From a virus (Duplodnaviria > Caudoviricetes), in IMG/VR virus record IMGVR_UViG_3300048880_000020, positions 1 through 36,334 of that record: DNA of 36,334 bases. The stretch is one strand, 5' to 3'. The notes under the pieces are model-generated. The model did no database searches, was not told the origin of the DNA, and saw nothing but the letters and a program-made list of their open reading frames with translations. The position numbers and the translations under genes are program-made. Of the stretch, positions 1 to 8,721 are shown in pieces; positions within the stretch are counted from its first letter, which is position 1; every line of letters begins with the position of its first letter.

Positions 1-1591
1 CCAGAGCAGCCACTCGTGCCTGTAGGTCTGCGATATTGGCGTCTTGGATGTCCTGATCGTCACCCTTAGCCAGCATCTTGGCATCGAAGTCTGCAATATA
101 ATCAACAGCAGACTGGGACTGGAACTTGATGCCTGCGATCTGCGCTGCAAGACCAGATACAGTCAAGTCGTCTGCCAACTGTATGTCTCCTACTAGTGTG
201 TTCAACTCCTGCACGGCTTTGATGACGGGTGCCAGCAAGTCTACATAGTTCAGGTTCCTGACGCCATCCTCCCCCACAGTAACCAAACTGTTGGGAACTC
301 CCTGAGTCTCACAGAGTTCCTCAACATCCTGTGCCACTATCCCCCATCGGACGGTTCCGGGGTTATCCCTAAAGGTGTAGGACTGAGGCATCAACCCAGT
401 GACAAAGTTGAGGCCGGGAACTGCACCAAAGTCTTGCTTTAAGTCTCGGTCTGATAGACCACTCTGAGACTGGTAGTACAGAGTAACGCAGTACACTCCT
501 GACCATCTATAGGAGTAAGCGCCACTAGTCCAAGCGTTGTTCGTATTAGGCCAGTGAGACGCCATGATTAGTGAGGAATACAGATACTGATCGTCCCACC
601 TGCCTGAGGCTGGGTAAACGGGTGGGTTGGGTCCACCATACCCCCACGGATCTGAGTACAAATAGTGTGCTGGCTTAGTGGCACCTGAGGCTGGGTGGGT
701 AAACGTCCTGACCTTCGGCCACTGATCGTTAATCGTGATCGTGCCGTTGCTGTGGGACAGGCTGATCTCAGCATCACTGGATACGTTTATCGCTACCGTA
801 TCTGACTCACCAATGCTCTCAGTACTCCCCGCAACCGTGAGACTCCATGATGTAGAACCCGTCAGGTCAACTCCACCACCAGCGTCATCATAGATGGCTG
901 ATATACCAGAGTGGGTGGCGTCGGCGGTGAACATGGCACCGACGATGTCCTGTACTTCTTCTTCAGTGGTGCCACCACCGCTAGCGGACCCAAGGTTGGT
1001 CCACGTTGTGGCATCCGTCTTCACGTAGATTCTGGTCTGCCCCGCAGCCTCGGTCAGACTAGAGTCGATGCGGATCTCACCGATAGTACCCACAGCAGAA
1101 CCGGGCGTGGACGCGACTACCGTGGGATTAGCCTGCGGGAGAATGGTCACACGCTTATCAACAATGGCATCAGCGTTGATGTCTGTGTCACCGGAAGCGT
1201 AGTAGACAGCAGCCAGAAGCATGTTGGTGGTGCTGTCGAAGTCAGGGAACCGGGCGTTTGAGGCACTCTCCCCGTTATTCCCAGTGGTGCCCTGTAGGGC
1301 GTACACACTGAAGACTTCCCCTGATTTCTGTACCAGAACCAGAACGAACTTGGAGTTACCCGTAGCCGGAGCAGACAGCGAGAGGACGGTGTCTGCTGTG
1401 ATGCTAAAGTACTCACCGTTGAGAAAACCGCTCACCGCAGCAGCGGTTACAGTATTAGTAGCACTGTTTGTTACAGCACCACCACTCAACACTCCCGACT
1501 TCTGGTAACCGAGGGACTGGAAGTCGCCCTTGTCTGGTTCTGCCTGATCGGCGTCAGTTGTGTCTGGCCGGTTAGGGATCGTAAAGGACAT
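1..1591 (-). CDS. Fibre/spike protein with C-terminal peptidase S74 (intramolecular chaperone) domain; 3'-partial, absent from the ORF track
   Basis: Manual translation from ATG at 1591 (MSFTIPNRPD..., GAGG upstream) stays open to the window edge. It contains RWSGVYC...SDRDLKQD...WGIVAQDVEE...LNYVDLLAPVIKAVQEL and ends at the edge as ...DLQARVAAL, matching the S74 chaperone pattern. Confidence 0.85.
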   Translation of the reverse strand, partial: MSFTIPNRPDTTDADQAEPDKGDFQSLGYQKSGVLSGGAVTNSATNTVTAAAVSGFLNGEYFSITADTVLSLSAPATGNSKFVLVLVQKSGEVFSVYALQGTTGNNGESASNARFPDFDSTTNMLLAAVYYASGDTDINADAIVDKRVTILPQANPTVVASTPGSAVGTIGEIRIDSSLTEAAGQTRIYVKTDATTWTNLGSASGGGTTEEEVQDIVGAMFTADATHSGISAIYDDAGGGVDLTGSTSWSLTVAGSTESIGESDTVAINVSSDAEISLSHSNGTITINDQWPKVRTFTHPASGATKPAHYLYSDPWGYGGPNPPVYPASGRWDDQYLYSSLIMASHWPNTNNAWTSGAYSYRWSGVYCVTLYYQSQSGLSDRDLKQDFGAVPGLNFVTGLMPQSYTFRDNPGTVRWGIVAQDVEELCETQGVPNSLVTVGEDGVRNLNYVDLLAPVIKAVQELNTLVGDIQLADDLTVSGLAAQIAGIKFQSQSAVDYIADFDAKMLAKGDDQDIQDANIADLQARVAAL

Positions 1592-1599
1592 GCCCTACC

Positions 1600-1932
1600 T
1601 CATGCGAGAGTATCGTAGATGTTTCCGCTCCCACGCAGGTAGTTGTACAAGTCTGGCGGGAGGTCGTAGGACTCCCCATCGGTAAAGTCGTAGGACTGGC
1701 CCGAGAAGTACATGCGCCAAGTTCCCTTGATGCGGGCACGCTTCGTCTCAGCCTCTACGGTAACGGTTTCTGCAACCACCTCTGCTACCGGCTCCTCCTC
1801 AATAACTGGAGTTGCCTTCTTGGCAACTGGAGTTGCCTTCTTGGTGCGGGGGGGCTTCACCGAGAACTTGTCCATAGTTGTTTTCGGTGGTGTCTTTGAT
1901 GTTGCTTCTTCTACTTCGATTTCATCAGCCAT
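1600..1932 (-). CDS. Hypothetical protein following the major capsid gene (possibly head-associated)
   Basis: 110-aa ORF with AAAGG upstream, an acidic/KKATPV low-complexity N-terminus and an aromatic C-terminal domain. Function is suggested by position only. Confidence 0.7.
   Translation of the reverse strand: MADEIEVEEATSKTPPKTTMDKFSVKPPRTKKATPVAKKATPVIEEEPVAEVVAETVTVEAETKRARIKGTWRMYFSGQSYDFTDGESYDLPPDLYNYLRGSGNIYDTLA
1804..1844. repeat. 21-bp-period tandem duplication (KKATPV x2)
   Basis: aactggagttgccttcttgg occurs at 1804-1823 and 1825-1844. Confidence 0.9.
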
Positions 1933-1962
1933 GTTGTGTTAAACCTTTCCGACGGGCGTATG

Positions 1963-2010
1963 TGTGTGTAGCAGGGGGGCGGGGCTCGTAGACCCCAACC
2001 CCCCACACAC
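1963..2010 (-). terminator. GC-rich stem-loop downstream of the major capsid gene (possible terminator/attenuator without U-tract)
   Basis: Minus strand reads GGGGGGTTGGGGT-CTACGA-GCCCCGCCCCCC flanked by GTGTGT/ACACAC, in the intergenic gap after the capsid stop. Confidence 0.45.
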
Positions 2011-2017
2011 TATAGCA
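2009..2017 (-). promoter_or_regulatory. Extended -10 element TGCTATAGT
   Basis: TGn-TAnnnT in the intergenic gap upstream of 1600..1932. Confidence 0.45.
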
Positions 2018-2025
2018 AATCGCAA

Positions 2026-3135
2026 CTAAGCGATTGCACCACCAAGGGTGTTGATGATGACTCGGGACTCACTGGTGATGACACCAAAGCCCCAGATGGC
2101 ATACCAAGCGAGGCCGTGCTCACGACCGAAGTCGATCACGCCACCATCGCGCAACTCAACCGGCAGGGCAATAGCCTGCCCGAAGGCGTTGTCACCGATC
2201 ATAACGGCGTTGTAAGCGTTGGCGTTCTCCTGAAGGCCAGAGGTGCCAGCGTCGGTATCCAACCCGGTGAGGGCTCCGAGAGCCGAACCTGCGGCAGTAC
2301 CATCAAGGCCCTTAGAAACCTGAGTGGTTTCAATGAAGACCACGTCGTACAGGCGACCGATCTCACCAAGCATGAAGTTACCGGGGGCGGCATACTTCGT
2401 TACCTCAATGAACTCGGGCCAGTCACGTAGGGAGCGGCTCTGCGACGGGTGAACGAAGCAGACGTAGGTGTCGCCCAGTCGCGGAATGTTCTCCGCAGCG
2501 AGGGTCTCAACCGCATCCTTGATAGTCGTGGGGGATAGGTACCCCGGTGCAGCAGCCGTACCAATGGTGCCACCATCGTATGGTGAAACCGTGGTGCGAG
2601 CACCAGAAGCCTTGGTCCGACCGAAGGTGATCGACGGAGCAACCGCTGACCCACCACCGAACGGGATACCGGCCTTGTACAGGGTGTTACGTGCTTCAAT
2701 GTCCATCGACTGAGCCATGTGACGGCCAAGGAGACGGGACGACGACGCCATAACGTCATCGAATGAAGCGTTGAGCAGCAACTCAGTAACTGAAATAGCC
2801 TGACCACGCTCAGAAACAACAATCTGGATCTGGCTGGCCGAAAGGGCCGAAGGCTCCATACGGGTACCTTCCGTCAGTGTCGCACCAGTGTTCTGGTCGA
2901 CTCCGAGGTTGGTGTAGCGCATGAAGTTGACGGTGAGACCCGGCATGACGCCAAGTTCCGTCTTTTTGACAGCGAACTGCTCAAAGCGAAGTACAGGCAT
3001 AGCCTGAAACAAGATTTCCTTGCTCCAGATAGTCTGAATCGCTGGGGTCAGCGCTGTATCTGACGAGTAGCCGGTTAGCGAAGACTGGTCAGCAGCCGTC
3101 GTAATCGAACCACCCGACGGTGCGGGTAGGGCCAT
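2026..3135 (-). CDS. Major capsid protein, N4-gp56 family
   Basis: 369 aa with AIQTIWSKEILFQAMPVLRFEQFAVKK, LTEG, YVCFVHP, GEIGRLYDVVFIET and DFGREHGLAWYAIWG. GGAGGA RBS; lies downstream of portal and scaffold. Confidence 0.9.
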   Translation of the reverse strand: MALPAPSGGSITTAADQSSLTGYSSDTALTPAIQTIWSKEILFQAMPVLRFEQFAVKKTELGVMPGLTVNFMRYTNLGVDQNTGATLTEGTRMEPSALSASQIQIVVSERGQAISVTELLLNASFDDVMASSSRLLGRHMAQSMDIEARNTLYKAGIPFGGGSAVAPSITFGRTKASGARTTVSPYDGGTIGTAAAPGYLSPTTIKDAVETLAAENIPRLGDTYVCFVHPSQSRSLRDWPEFIEVTKYAAPGNFMLGEIGRLYDVVFIETTQVSKGLDGTAAGSALGALTGLDTDAGTSGLQENANAYNAVMIGDNAFGQAIALPVELRDGGVIDFGREHGLAWYAIWGFGVITSESRVIINTLGGAIA

Positions 3136-3173
3136 TGGGTATTCCTCCGTTAGGGGACTATGTTTTTATGTTG

Positions 3174-4010
3174 TTAAAAGCGACCTTGTGAGGGTCGCGC
3201 CTTTAGGAGCCTGTCCCGCATTTGCATGTACTGTTCCATCGGCATATCACGGATGTCCTCCGCTGACAATGTCTGCTGCTCCGTCTGAGTTTCCATTGGC
3301 CCAACAGGGGGAGCCGTTACCGGCGACCCCCGCAGACCACTCGGTTGAGCGGTCTGCTGGATTGATTCCAGTATAGCACTACTACGTTCCCTTAGTACCG
3401 CTATAGAGTTATCAATCTCTTCTTCGGTAGTACCGGAGGCGAGATCCCGAAGTTCAGGGATGATGTACTCCTCTTCTTCGGACATACGTCGTCCGAGATA
3501 AGTCTCCAGTTCACGGTACCGTCGTTCCTTCTCCAACATCGCATCCTGAGTGGCACGCTCCTCTTCGATCTTGGCGAGGCGTCCTTCCCACTCCGTCTCC
3601 ACGCTCTTCAACTTCTCATCGAACTCGGTCTCGCGCTTAATGATTAGATCCTTGGCGCTCAGTTCGTCCTCTTCGCGCCTCCTGAGGGCATCGGACTCAG
3701 CCTTAGCCAAACGTGCGGCCTCTGACCTGTTCTCGTCACTCTCAACATTAAGAATGTTCAGTTGGTCTTCAAGTGTCTTGACTCGTCCATCGGAGTCCTC
3801 AAGCCGCTTGTACAACTTGTCTTTCTCCTGAGTACGAATACGCTCTACATCCTCTTCAGTGAATGTGCGAGCAGATACTGACTCTTCGGTACCCACTGCA
3901 AAGGCAGTTTCAGTAACCTCAGTATTGTCAGTAACTTCCTGACTGGGGGGCAACACTACTAGCCCAGCGAGGGCTTCAGGCGCAGTGGTGTCCGTGGGTG
4001 TCTTAGCCAT
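3174..4010 (-). CDS. Capsid scaffolding protein
   Basis: 278-aa acidic coiled coil with FTEEDVERIR and C-terminal IRDMPMEQYMQMR; lies between portal and capsid genes. Confidence 0.8.
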   Translation of the reverse strand: MAKTPTDTTAPEALAGLVVLPPSQEVTDNTEVTETAFAVGTEESVSARTFTEEDVERIRTQEKDKLYKRLEDSDGRVKTLEDQLNILNVESDENRSEAARLAKAESDALRRREEDELSAKDLIIKRETEFDEKLKSVETEWEGRLAKIEEERATQDAMLEKERRYRELETYLGRRMSEEEEYIIPELRDLASGTTEEEIDNSIAVLRERSSAILESIQQTAQPSGLRGSPVTAPPVGPMETQTEQQTLSAEDIRDMPMEQYMQMRDRLLKARPSQGRF

Positions 4011-4059
4011 AACTATTCTCCATATCTGATTTGGCGAGTAATAACTAGAGTAATGCTAC

Positions 4060-5730
4060 TTATGTTTCTTCTTCTGAGGGAATACGGCGCTGGGCGAACC
4101 TCGCCCCGTATGCCCGCTGTATCAAGTTGTCTAACAATCCTGCGTCCGCACCGGGGGCAGCAACGCCGGGGAGTGGCCCACCGTCTCCTCCGGTAGACGC
4201 TCCGCCGGGAGGCTGTGCCCCTTCGGGGGGTATCATTCCAGTGGCGGCAAAAACGGCCTGCATGATCTGGGCGTTGAACATCTCCAACGTGCCAGAGTCC
4301 ATAGCATCTTCCATCTGCTCCTCAAACACCTCTGCCATCTTCTCGTTCGGGAACTCTTCCCCGAGAATCTTGAGTGCCCCACGCTTAGACTCAAGACCAA
4401 GAGCAAGTTTGGCTTGGATTTCGTTCAAGGAAATCAGTACGTCAACTGGCAATGGATCGGGCCAGTGGACAGTAGTTGCATAGGTGAGAGGGTCTGTGGG
4501 ATCAAGTTCAATAGCGTTATCCTTCTCTGGCATTTCAGAGACGGAAGCATCGAACACCAGCAACTGAGGCTCAAAGATAGCAGCAGTACGGATAACCAGT
4601 TCATTGACCTTCTGTAAGCCCCTAGTGAAGTGTACCTTCTTCATGGTATAGCGATTCATCATGGGCTGGTACTGAATAGCCAGTGCGACGCCGCTGGTAT
4701 TGGAAATGGGCTGGGTCTGACCAAGTGCAGTTTCAGGAACACCAGTTAGTTCGTGCATCGTGCGCTTGATGTGCTGGATATACTCAAGCGCACCTGCCAT
4801 CTCCCCCTTGGATTCAAGGTTGAAGACGTTGCTATCCTTGGGCAACCCAGCCCAAACCTTCTTAGGCCCTCTTTCCAACTGACTCGCCTTGGCTCCAGTG
4901 ATGATGGTCACCGGGGCGGCGTGGTAGTTGATGATGTCTGACACTTCAGCCATCTTCTCGTTCAACTCTCGGTTGAGCGGAATGATGTCCCAGATGTCAC
5001 TCTGTCCCCACGGGGAGGACGAAATGGTGGTATTAGGAATGTGAACGACAGGAATGTGCCCAATGGCATTGGGATAGGTGTCCACCAACTCGTCGTTGAT
5101 ATACTGCTCCACGGTCTCGTCGGTGATGATCTCGGTGAACGTATAGACCTGACGAGTACCCTCTGAAGCCGTCCCCCAGAACCGGTACTTCAACTTAAAG
5201 CGAAGCAGGCGGGTCCTGTCGTGGGGATGGTATTCGGGGAAGCAGTGGGCTGGGTTAAGGGGGAGAATGCGAATCTTACCCGTAATAGGAATCCCTATGG
5301 GGTCCATGTAGGGCTCCTCATAGGCCACCTTGACGAAGCAATCCCCAGTGACAGATGCCAACTGGCCCATCTCCCACAGGGTGTGTTCCTTGTTGTTGTG
5401 CTGTTCCCACACCTTGTTGAGGAGGTGGGGGATAATAGCGTTGTTCTGTTCCGGGGTGCGGAACTGTACGGCCTTGCCAAAGCAGAAGTTAGTGATGTAG
5501 TCCGACATGGTGCGGACATAGTTCAGATAGAACTGGGACTCACCGAACTCTCGGCGGTACGCCCAGTGATGTCCGAGGTACCACGCCCACGCTGCTGAAT
5601 AGCGGTTCAGGCGTGGGCCGTGGACCTCAAACTCCTCATCGGCCAGTTCAACTAGGCCGAGCGGTGAGATTGCAACCGTTAGATCACTAGCCGAGGCCCT
5701 ATAGGACGGAGACCAGAAATCAACAGCCAT
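4060..5730 (-). CDS. Portal protein (SPP1 gp6-like)
   Basis: 556 aa with NYVRTMSDY, ASVTGDCFVKV, IPVVHIPN...WGQSDI, SNTSGVALAIQYQP and VHWPDPLP; head-module position. Confidence 0.88.
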   Translation of the reverse strand: MAVDFWSPSYRASASDLTVAISPLGLVELADEEFEVHGPRLNRYSAAWAWYLGHHWAYRREFGESQFYLNYVRTMSDYITNFCFGKAVQFRTPEQNNAIIPHLLNKVWEQHNNKEHTLWEMGQLASVTGDCFVKVAYEEPYMDPIGIPITGKIRILPLNPAHCFPEYHPHDRTRLLRFKLKYRFWGTASEGTRQVYTFTEIITDETVEQYINDELVDTYPNAIGHIPVVHIPNTTISSSPWGQSDIWDIIPLNRELNEKMAEVSDIINYHAAPVTIITGAKASQLERGPKKVWAGLPKDSNVFNLESKGEMAGALEYIQHIKRTMHELTGVPETALGQTQPISNTSGVALAIQYQPMMNRYTMKKVHFTRGLQKVNELVIRTAAIFEPQLLVFDASVSEMPEKDNAIELDPTDPLTYATTVHWPDPLPVDVLISLNEIQAKLALGLESKRGALKILGEEFPNEKMAEVFEEQMEDAMDSGTLEMFNAQIMQAVFAATGMIPPEGAQPPGGASTGGDGGPLPGVAAPGADAGLLDNLIQRAYGARFAQRRIPSEEET

Positions 5731-5764
5731 AAAGGATCACACCTGAGGTAAGACTACGTAGCAA

Positions 5765-5802
5765 CTACTCAATACTATACACCATTTGTGGTGTCTGAGT
5801 AG
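5765..5802. other. Imperfect inverted repeat between holin and portal genes
   Basis: CTACTCA...ACACCA-tttg-TGGTGT...TGAGTAG; overlaps a minus-strand TATAGT (-10-like) element. Confidence 0.35.
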
Positions 5803-5803
5803 G

Positions 5804-6010
5804 TCAGTCGGCCAATGAGGCCGTGCCCTTGGTCCCCAACTTGGAGGCCAACGAACCCTTCAGTACCGAGATGGCTGCGGCAACACCTGCACCGGCCATC
5901 ATCTTCCACTGATCGACGCCGAGGTCGAACATGGAGTTGGAGGTCATGGCTCCAAGTGAAGCCTGTACGAATGTAGCAACAACTCGCTCTACTAGATCCT
6001 TCGTAATCAT
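5804..6010 (-). CDS. Holin, r1t-like actinophage family
   Basis: ERVVATFVQA...AGVAAAISVLKGS with two hydrophobic segments. ATG at 6010 preferred over TTG at 6019. Confidence 0.75.
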   Translation of the reverse strand: MITKDLVERVVATFVQASLGAMTSNSMFDLGVDQWKMMAGAGVAAAISVLKGSLASKLGTKGTASLAD

Positions 6011-6102
6011 ATGCAACAATCCTTGATCGGAAATAGGACTTGCTTTCCCATAGGGTCAGCGTGTACATTGTACATGACCCCGAAGAACCAAGGAGAGAAA
6101 CC

Positions 6103-6351
6103 ATGCCCGGAACGGAAAGTACGGTAGTGACCGATCCCCTAAAAACCTACCCTGATCAGGCACTTATCGCCAAGATCACGGCTGACCTGACCAGCCAGTT
6201 TCAGTACGGATGGCTGGAACACTACTTTGAGGTGTTCCTCACCGAGACGCTGGAGAAGTTGGTCGTTGACCACCACAAGGCCCTCAAGGGGATCGCTGAA
6301 GAACTGACTTCGGATGTGCTGGTCTACCTGACCAACAACAAGTTGATCTAA
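6103..6351 (+). CDS. Hypothetical protein (isolated plus-strand gene)
   Basis: ATG at 6103 preceded by AGGAG; 82-aa helical protein filling the gap between minus-strand genes. Confidence 0.6.
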   Translation: MPGTESTVVTDPLKTYPDQALIAKITADLTSQFQYGWLEHYFEVFLTETLEKLVVDHHKALKGIAEELTSDVLVYLTNNKLI

Positions 6352-6935
6352 GTACCGCCGAACATCCAGCCACGCTGGTTGTCAGACTCGCGCTCCACAA
6401 TAGGCTGGTCGGTGTCTAGGGGGTCTCTGCTGCTCTCCCACCGATCAGCCTCGCCCTCTGCAAGCACATGCCCCGGAGCAATGTTTACCGGGTGATTGGG
6501 GTTGTACTCAGTGGAGAAGTCTGAGCGTTGGAACGAAGCGATCTGATTGTTCTCTTTCGCAAAGGTGCGTGAATCACTAAACCCCTGTGGACCTTCAGGG
6601 AACTTACGGGATACATCCAAGTAAGCCTCTCCCGTTTCACTCCAGCCCCCAACTAATGAGTTAACTCCAGTTAGGGCATCCAAGTTGGCCGGTGAGTTGA
6701 TGTACGTAGACACCTGCTCCTTGCCGAATGACTCAAGGGCGTGCTTCTTCTCGTAGCCCTCATGCGAAACGAACACACCCTCCTCAGGGCGCTCTCCGGT
6801 GCGGGGATCAACCGATAGCCCCCCCACCTCGTGCATCTCCCGAACGACCTCGTCTGGGTTGATGCGCTCATAGACCGCTGGCCCACTCATGTCCACCGGG
6901 TCATTGGTGGTCGTGTCAGTGGGGGTATCAGGCAT
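6348..6935 (-). CDS. Hypothetical phage protein
   Basis: Start moved to ATG 6935, which removes the overlap and sits 5 nt after TGGTACACT. Contains GGW...AYLDVS...NQIASF; function unknown. Confidence 0.65.
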   Translation of the reverse strand: MPDTPTDTTTNDPVDMSGPAVYERINPDEVVREMHEVGGLSVDPRTGERPEEGVFVSHEGYEKKHALESFGKEQVSTYINSPANLDALTGVNSLVGGWSETGEAYLDVSRKFPEGPQGFSDSRTFAKENNQIASFQRSDFSTEYNPNHPVNIAPGHVLAEGEADRWESSRDPLDTDQPIVERESDNQRGWMFGGT

Positions 6936-6940
6936 ACCCA

Positions 6941-6949
6941 AGTGTACCA
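6941..6949 (-). promoter_or_regulatory. Extended -10 element TGGTACACT, probably leaderless
   Basis: 5 nt upstream of ATG 6935; no SD sequence. Confidence 0.55.
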
Positions 6950-8104
6950 CTATCGGCAGTACTCCTTGCCCCTGTACATGGCCCAACCATCACGAATCGT
7001 CACCATCTCAAGGTTGAACTTGCCGTCCCCCTCCTCGTACTGAACCACGCAGAGGCCCTGTTGCCAGTTCTCGTGCCTCTTTAAGGGCCTACCGTCTAGG
7101 TCGGTACCCCCCTTGGTGGATGGCACCGCTCCGTCAATGCGAGCCAAGCAGCCGGGTGACGCTGCGACGACAGTCCTAGGACCGTCATAGTCTTCCCGAG
7201 TCATCTCTGCCCACTCACGACGATGGATATGTCCGTAGAGTACCGATACCTTCTCACGGTTCAGGTAGGCATGAGCGGTACTGCCATTAGACCTCACCAT
7301 GTCGCCGTGGATGACCTTGATGTGCTCATTGATCCACACACAGGAAGCGGGGTAACCAGCAAGGTACTCAATGTCGAAGTCGTCCAGCCTGCACAGGCTG
7401 GGGACACTTAGAACCGGCCAACTTTCGGGGCGAGAGCCGACACGGATACCGAAGGCTGCGGCAGCGTTGTCCAACATGAAGTTGGTCAACCGCTCTTCGT
7501 GGTTGCCCGCCAGCCATTTGATCTCTGCTCCGGGGGCTGCGACACGCAAGGCTGCACATATCTCGGTCGCCCGGTCCACCGACGCCTGTGTGGTCTGCTG
7601 GAAGGCCGGGGACAGACGATACTTACCCAACTCGGGGAGGTCCAGATTATCCCCAACCAACACCAGCAACTCAGGCTTGATGTCGGAGACCATCGCCACA
7701 GCCAACGCTATGGCCTCCTCGTCGTGAGTTCCCTCCAGTTCCCCCTCCTTGTTTCGGAAGTACCCGATCTGCATGTCGGGGAGAACTACACAGGTCTTTA
7801 ACGCCGCCGTCTTCTTCTTCTTGGGGGTAACACCCTTGGGAAGTTTGATTGTGGGTCCGGGTTGGATGACGGGCCACTCCGGGCCTGTTTCCCACGACGG
7901 AGAAATCTGGATACCAACCAGATCATGTATCTGAGCCTCACCCTCGGCGTCCTTCGTTAGAGACTGGTACAGGGACACCTTCTTGATGTCCCCGATCTCC
8001 TCTAAGTCTATATTATGCCGATCCAGTAGGTCAGCCAGTTTGCCTAGGGCCTGCCTAGGTGGCCCCTTGCCCAAGCGCTTGGAGAGTTCGCTGGCCGTAC
8101 TCAC
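6950..8104 (-). CDS. Calcineurin-like metallophosphoesterase
   Basis: Ordered motifs PDMQ, GDNLD, GNHE, IHGD and GHIH; GTGA coupling to the upstream gene. Confidence 0.85.
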   Translation of the reverse strand: MSTASELSKRLGKGPPRQALGKLADLLDRHNIDLEEIGDIKKVSLYQSLTKDAEGEAQIHDLVGIQISPSWETGPEWPVIQPGPTIKLPKGVTPKKKKTAALKTCVVLPDMQIGYFRNKEGELEGTHDEEAIALAVAMVSDIKPELLVLVGDNLDLPELGKYRLSPAFQQTTQASVDRATEICAALRVAAPGAEIKWLAGNHEERLTNFMLDNAAAAFGIRVGSRPESWPVLSVPSLCRLDDFDIEYLAGYPASCVWINEHIKVIHGDMVRSNGSTAHAYLNREKVSVLYGHIHRREWAEMTREDYDGPRTVVAASPGCLARIDGAVPSTKGGTDLDGRPLKRHENWQQGLCVVQYEEGDGKFNLEMVTIRDGWAMYRGKEYCR

Positions 8105-8397
8105 TTGGCCTCACCAGAGGCGTAGCAACCACACGACTCTCGCAAATGACGTTGAATCGTTGCTGCCGAGATGCTGTACCCCTGACTGGTAAGCACCGTC
8201 GCCAGCCATGCTGTGGAATAGACCTTACGCTGTCCGTTATTGAGGTCAGCGCGGATCTTATCCAACGCCTTATTCAGGGCTACCTGCTCTTCCTCCTCCA
8301 GCCCCTCGCTGACACGAGCAAACAGGCAGTTACGTGGTCGTGGGCTCCGAAGAGGTGTCTCTAGGGCCTCCACAAGGGTCACGGGCTGTGCGTCCAT
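8101..8397 (-). CDS. Small hypothetical protein with HTH-like segment and C/H motif
   Basis: N-terminal Cys plus C-terminal ISAATIQRHLRESCGC; AAGGAG RBS; coupled to the phosphoesterase. Confidence 0.65.
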   Translation of the reverse strand: MDAQPVTLVEALETPLRSPRPRNCLFARVSEGLEEEEQVALNKALDKIRADLNNGQRKVYSTAWLATVLTSQGYSISAATIQRHLRESCGCYASGEAK

Positions 8398-8460
8398 CAA
8401 AGCAAGTACTCCTTCTGCTACTACTCATGTTACACGACACAACACCTTCAGGTGAGCACT

Positions 8461-8721
8461 TCACTTCTTGGCAGGTGCCTTCTTCTGGCGTGTTTGCCGC
8501 TTGGGGGTCTTATGCCACTCCAAGTGGTCGGTCAGGATCTCGCCATTCTTATCCACAGACCCCTTGATTACCTCAAGAGCACGGGAGAGGCCGGTAAGTT
8601 TGTTGGCGACCACGGCGTGGTCCCGGCGGTTCTCTCTGCGAAGGCTACGTAGAAGTATTCCCAGTACACCAAAGGTGCCGGTGATCAGTGCCGCCACAAT
8701 GAGTCCCCATGCTTCGGTCAT
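8461..8721 (-). CDS. Small single-pass membrane protein
   Basis: N-terminal TM segment (WGLIVAALITGTFGVLGILL), coiled coil, DHLEWH and a basic tail; ATGA overlap with the upstream gene. Confidence 0.7.
   Translation of the reverse strand: MTEAWGLIVAALITGTFGVLGILLRSLRRENRRDHAVVANKLTGLSRALEVIKGSVDKNGEILTDHLEWHKTPKRQTRQKKAPAKK

Noticed and set aside
911-1508. ORF-track entries 911..1261, 1147..1416 and 1221..1508 (also 568..777)
   Set aside because: All lie within the longer minus-strand fibre gene (1..1591) in other frames or on the opposite strand.
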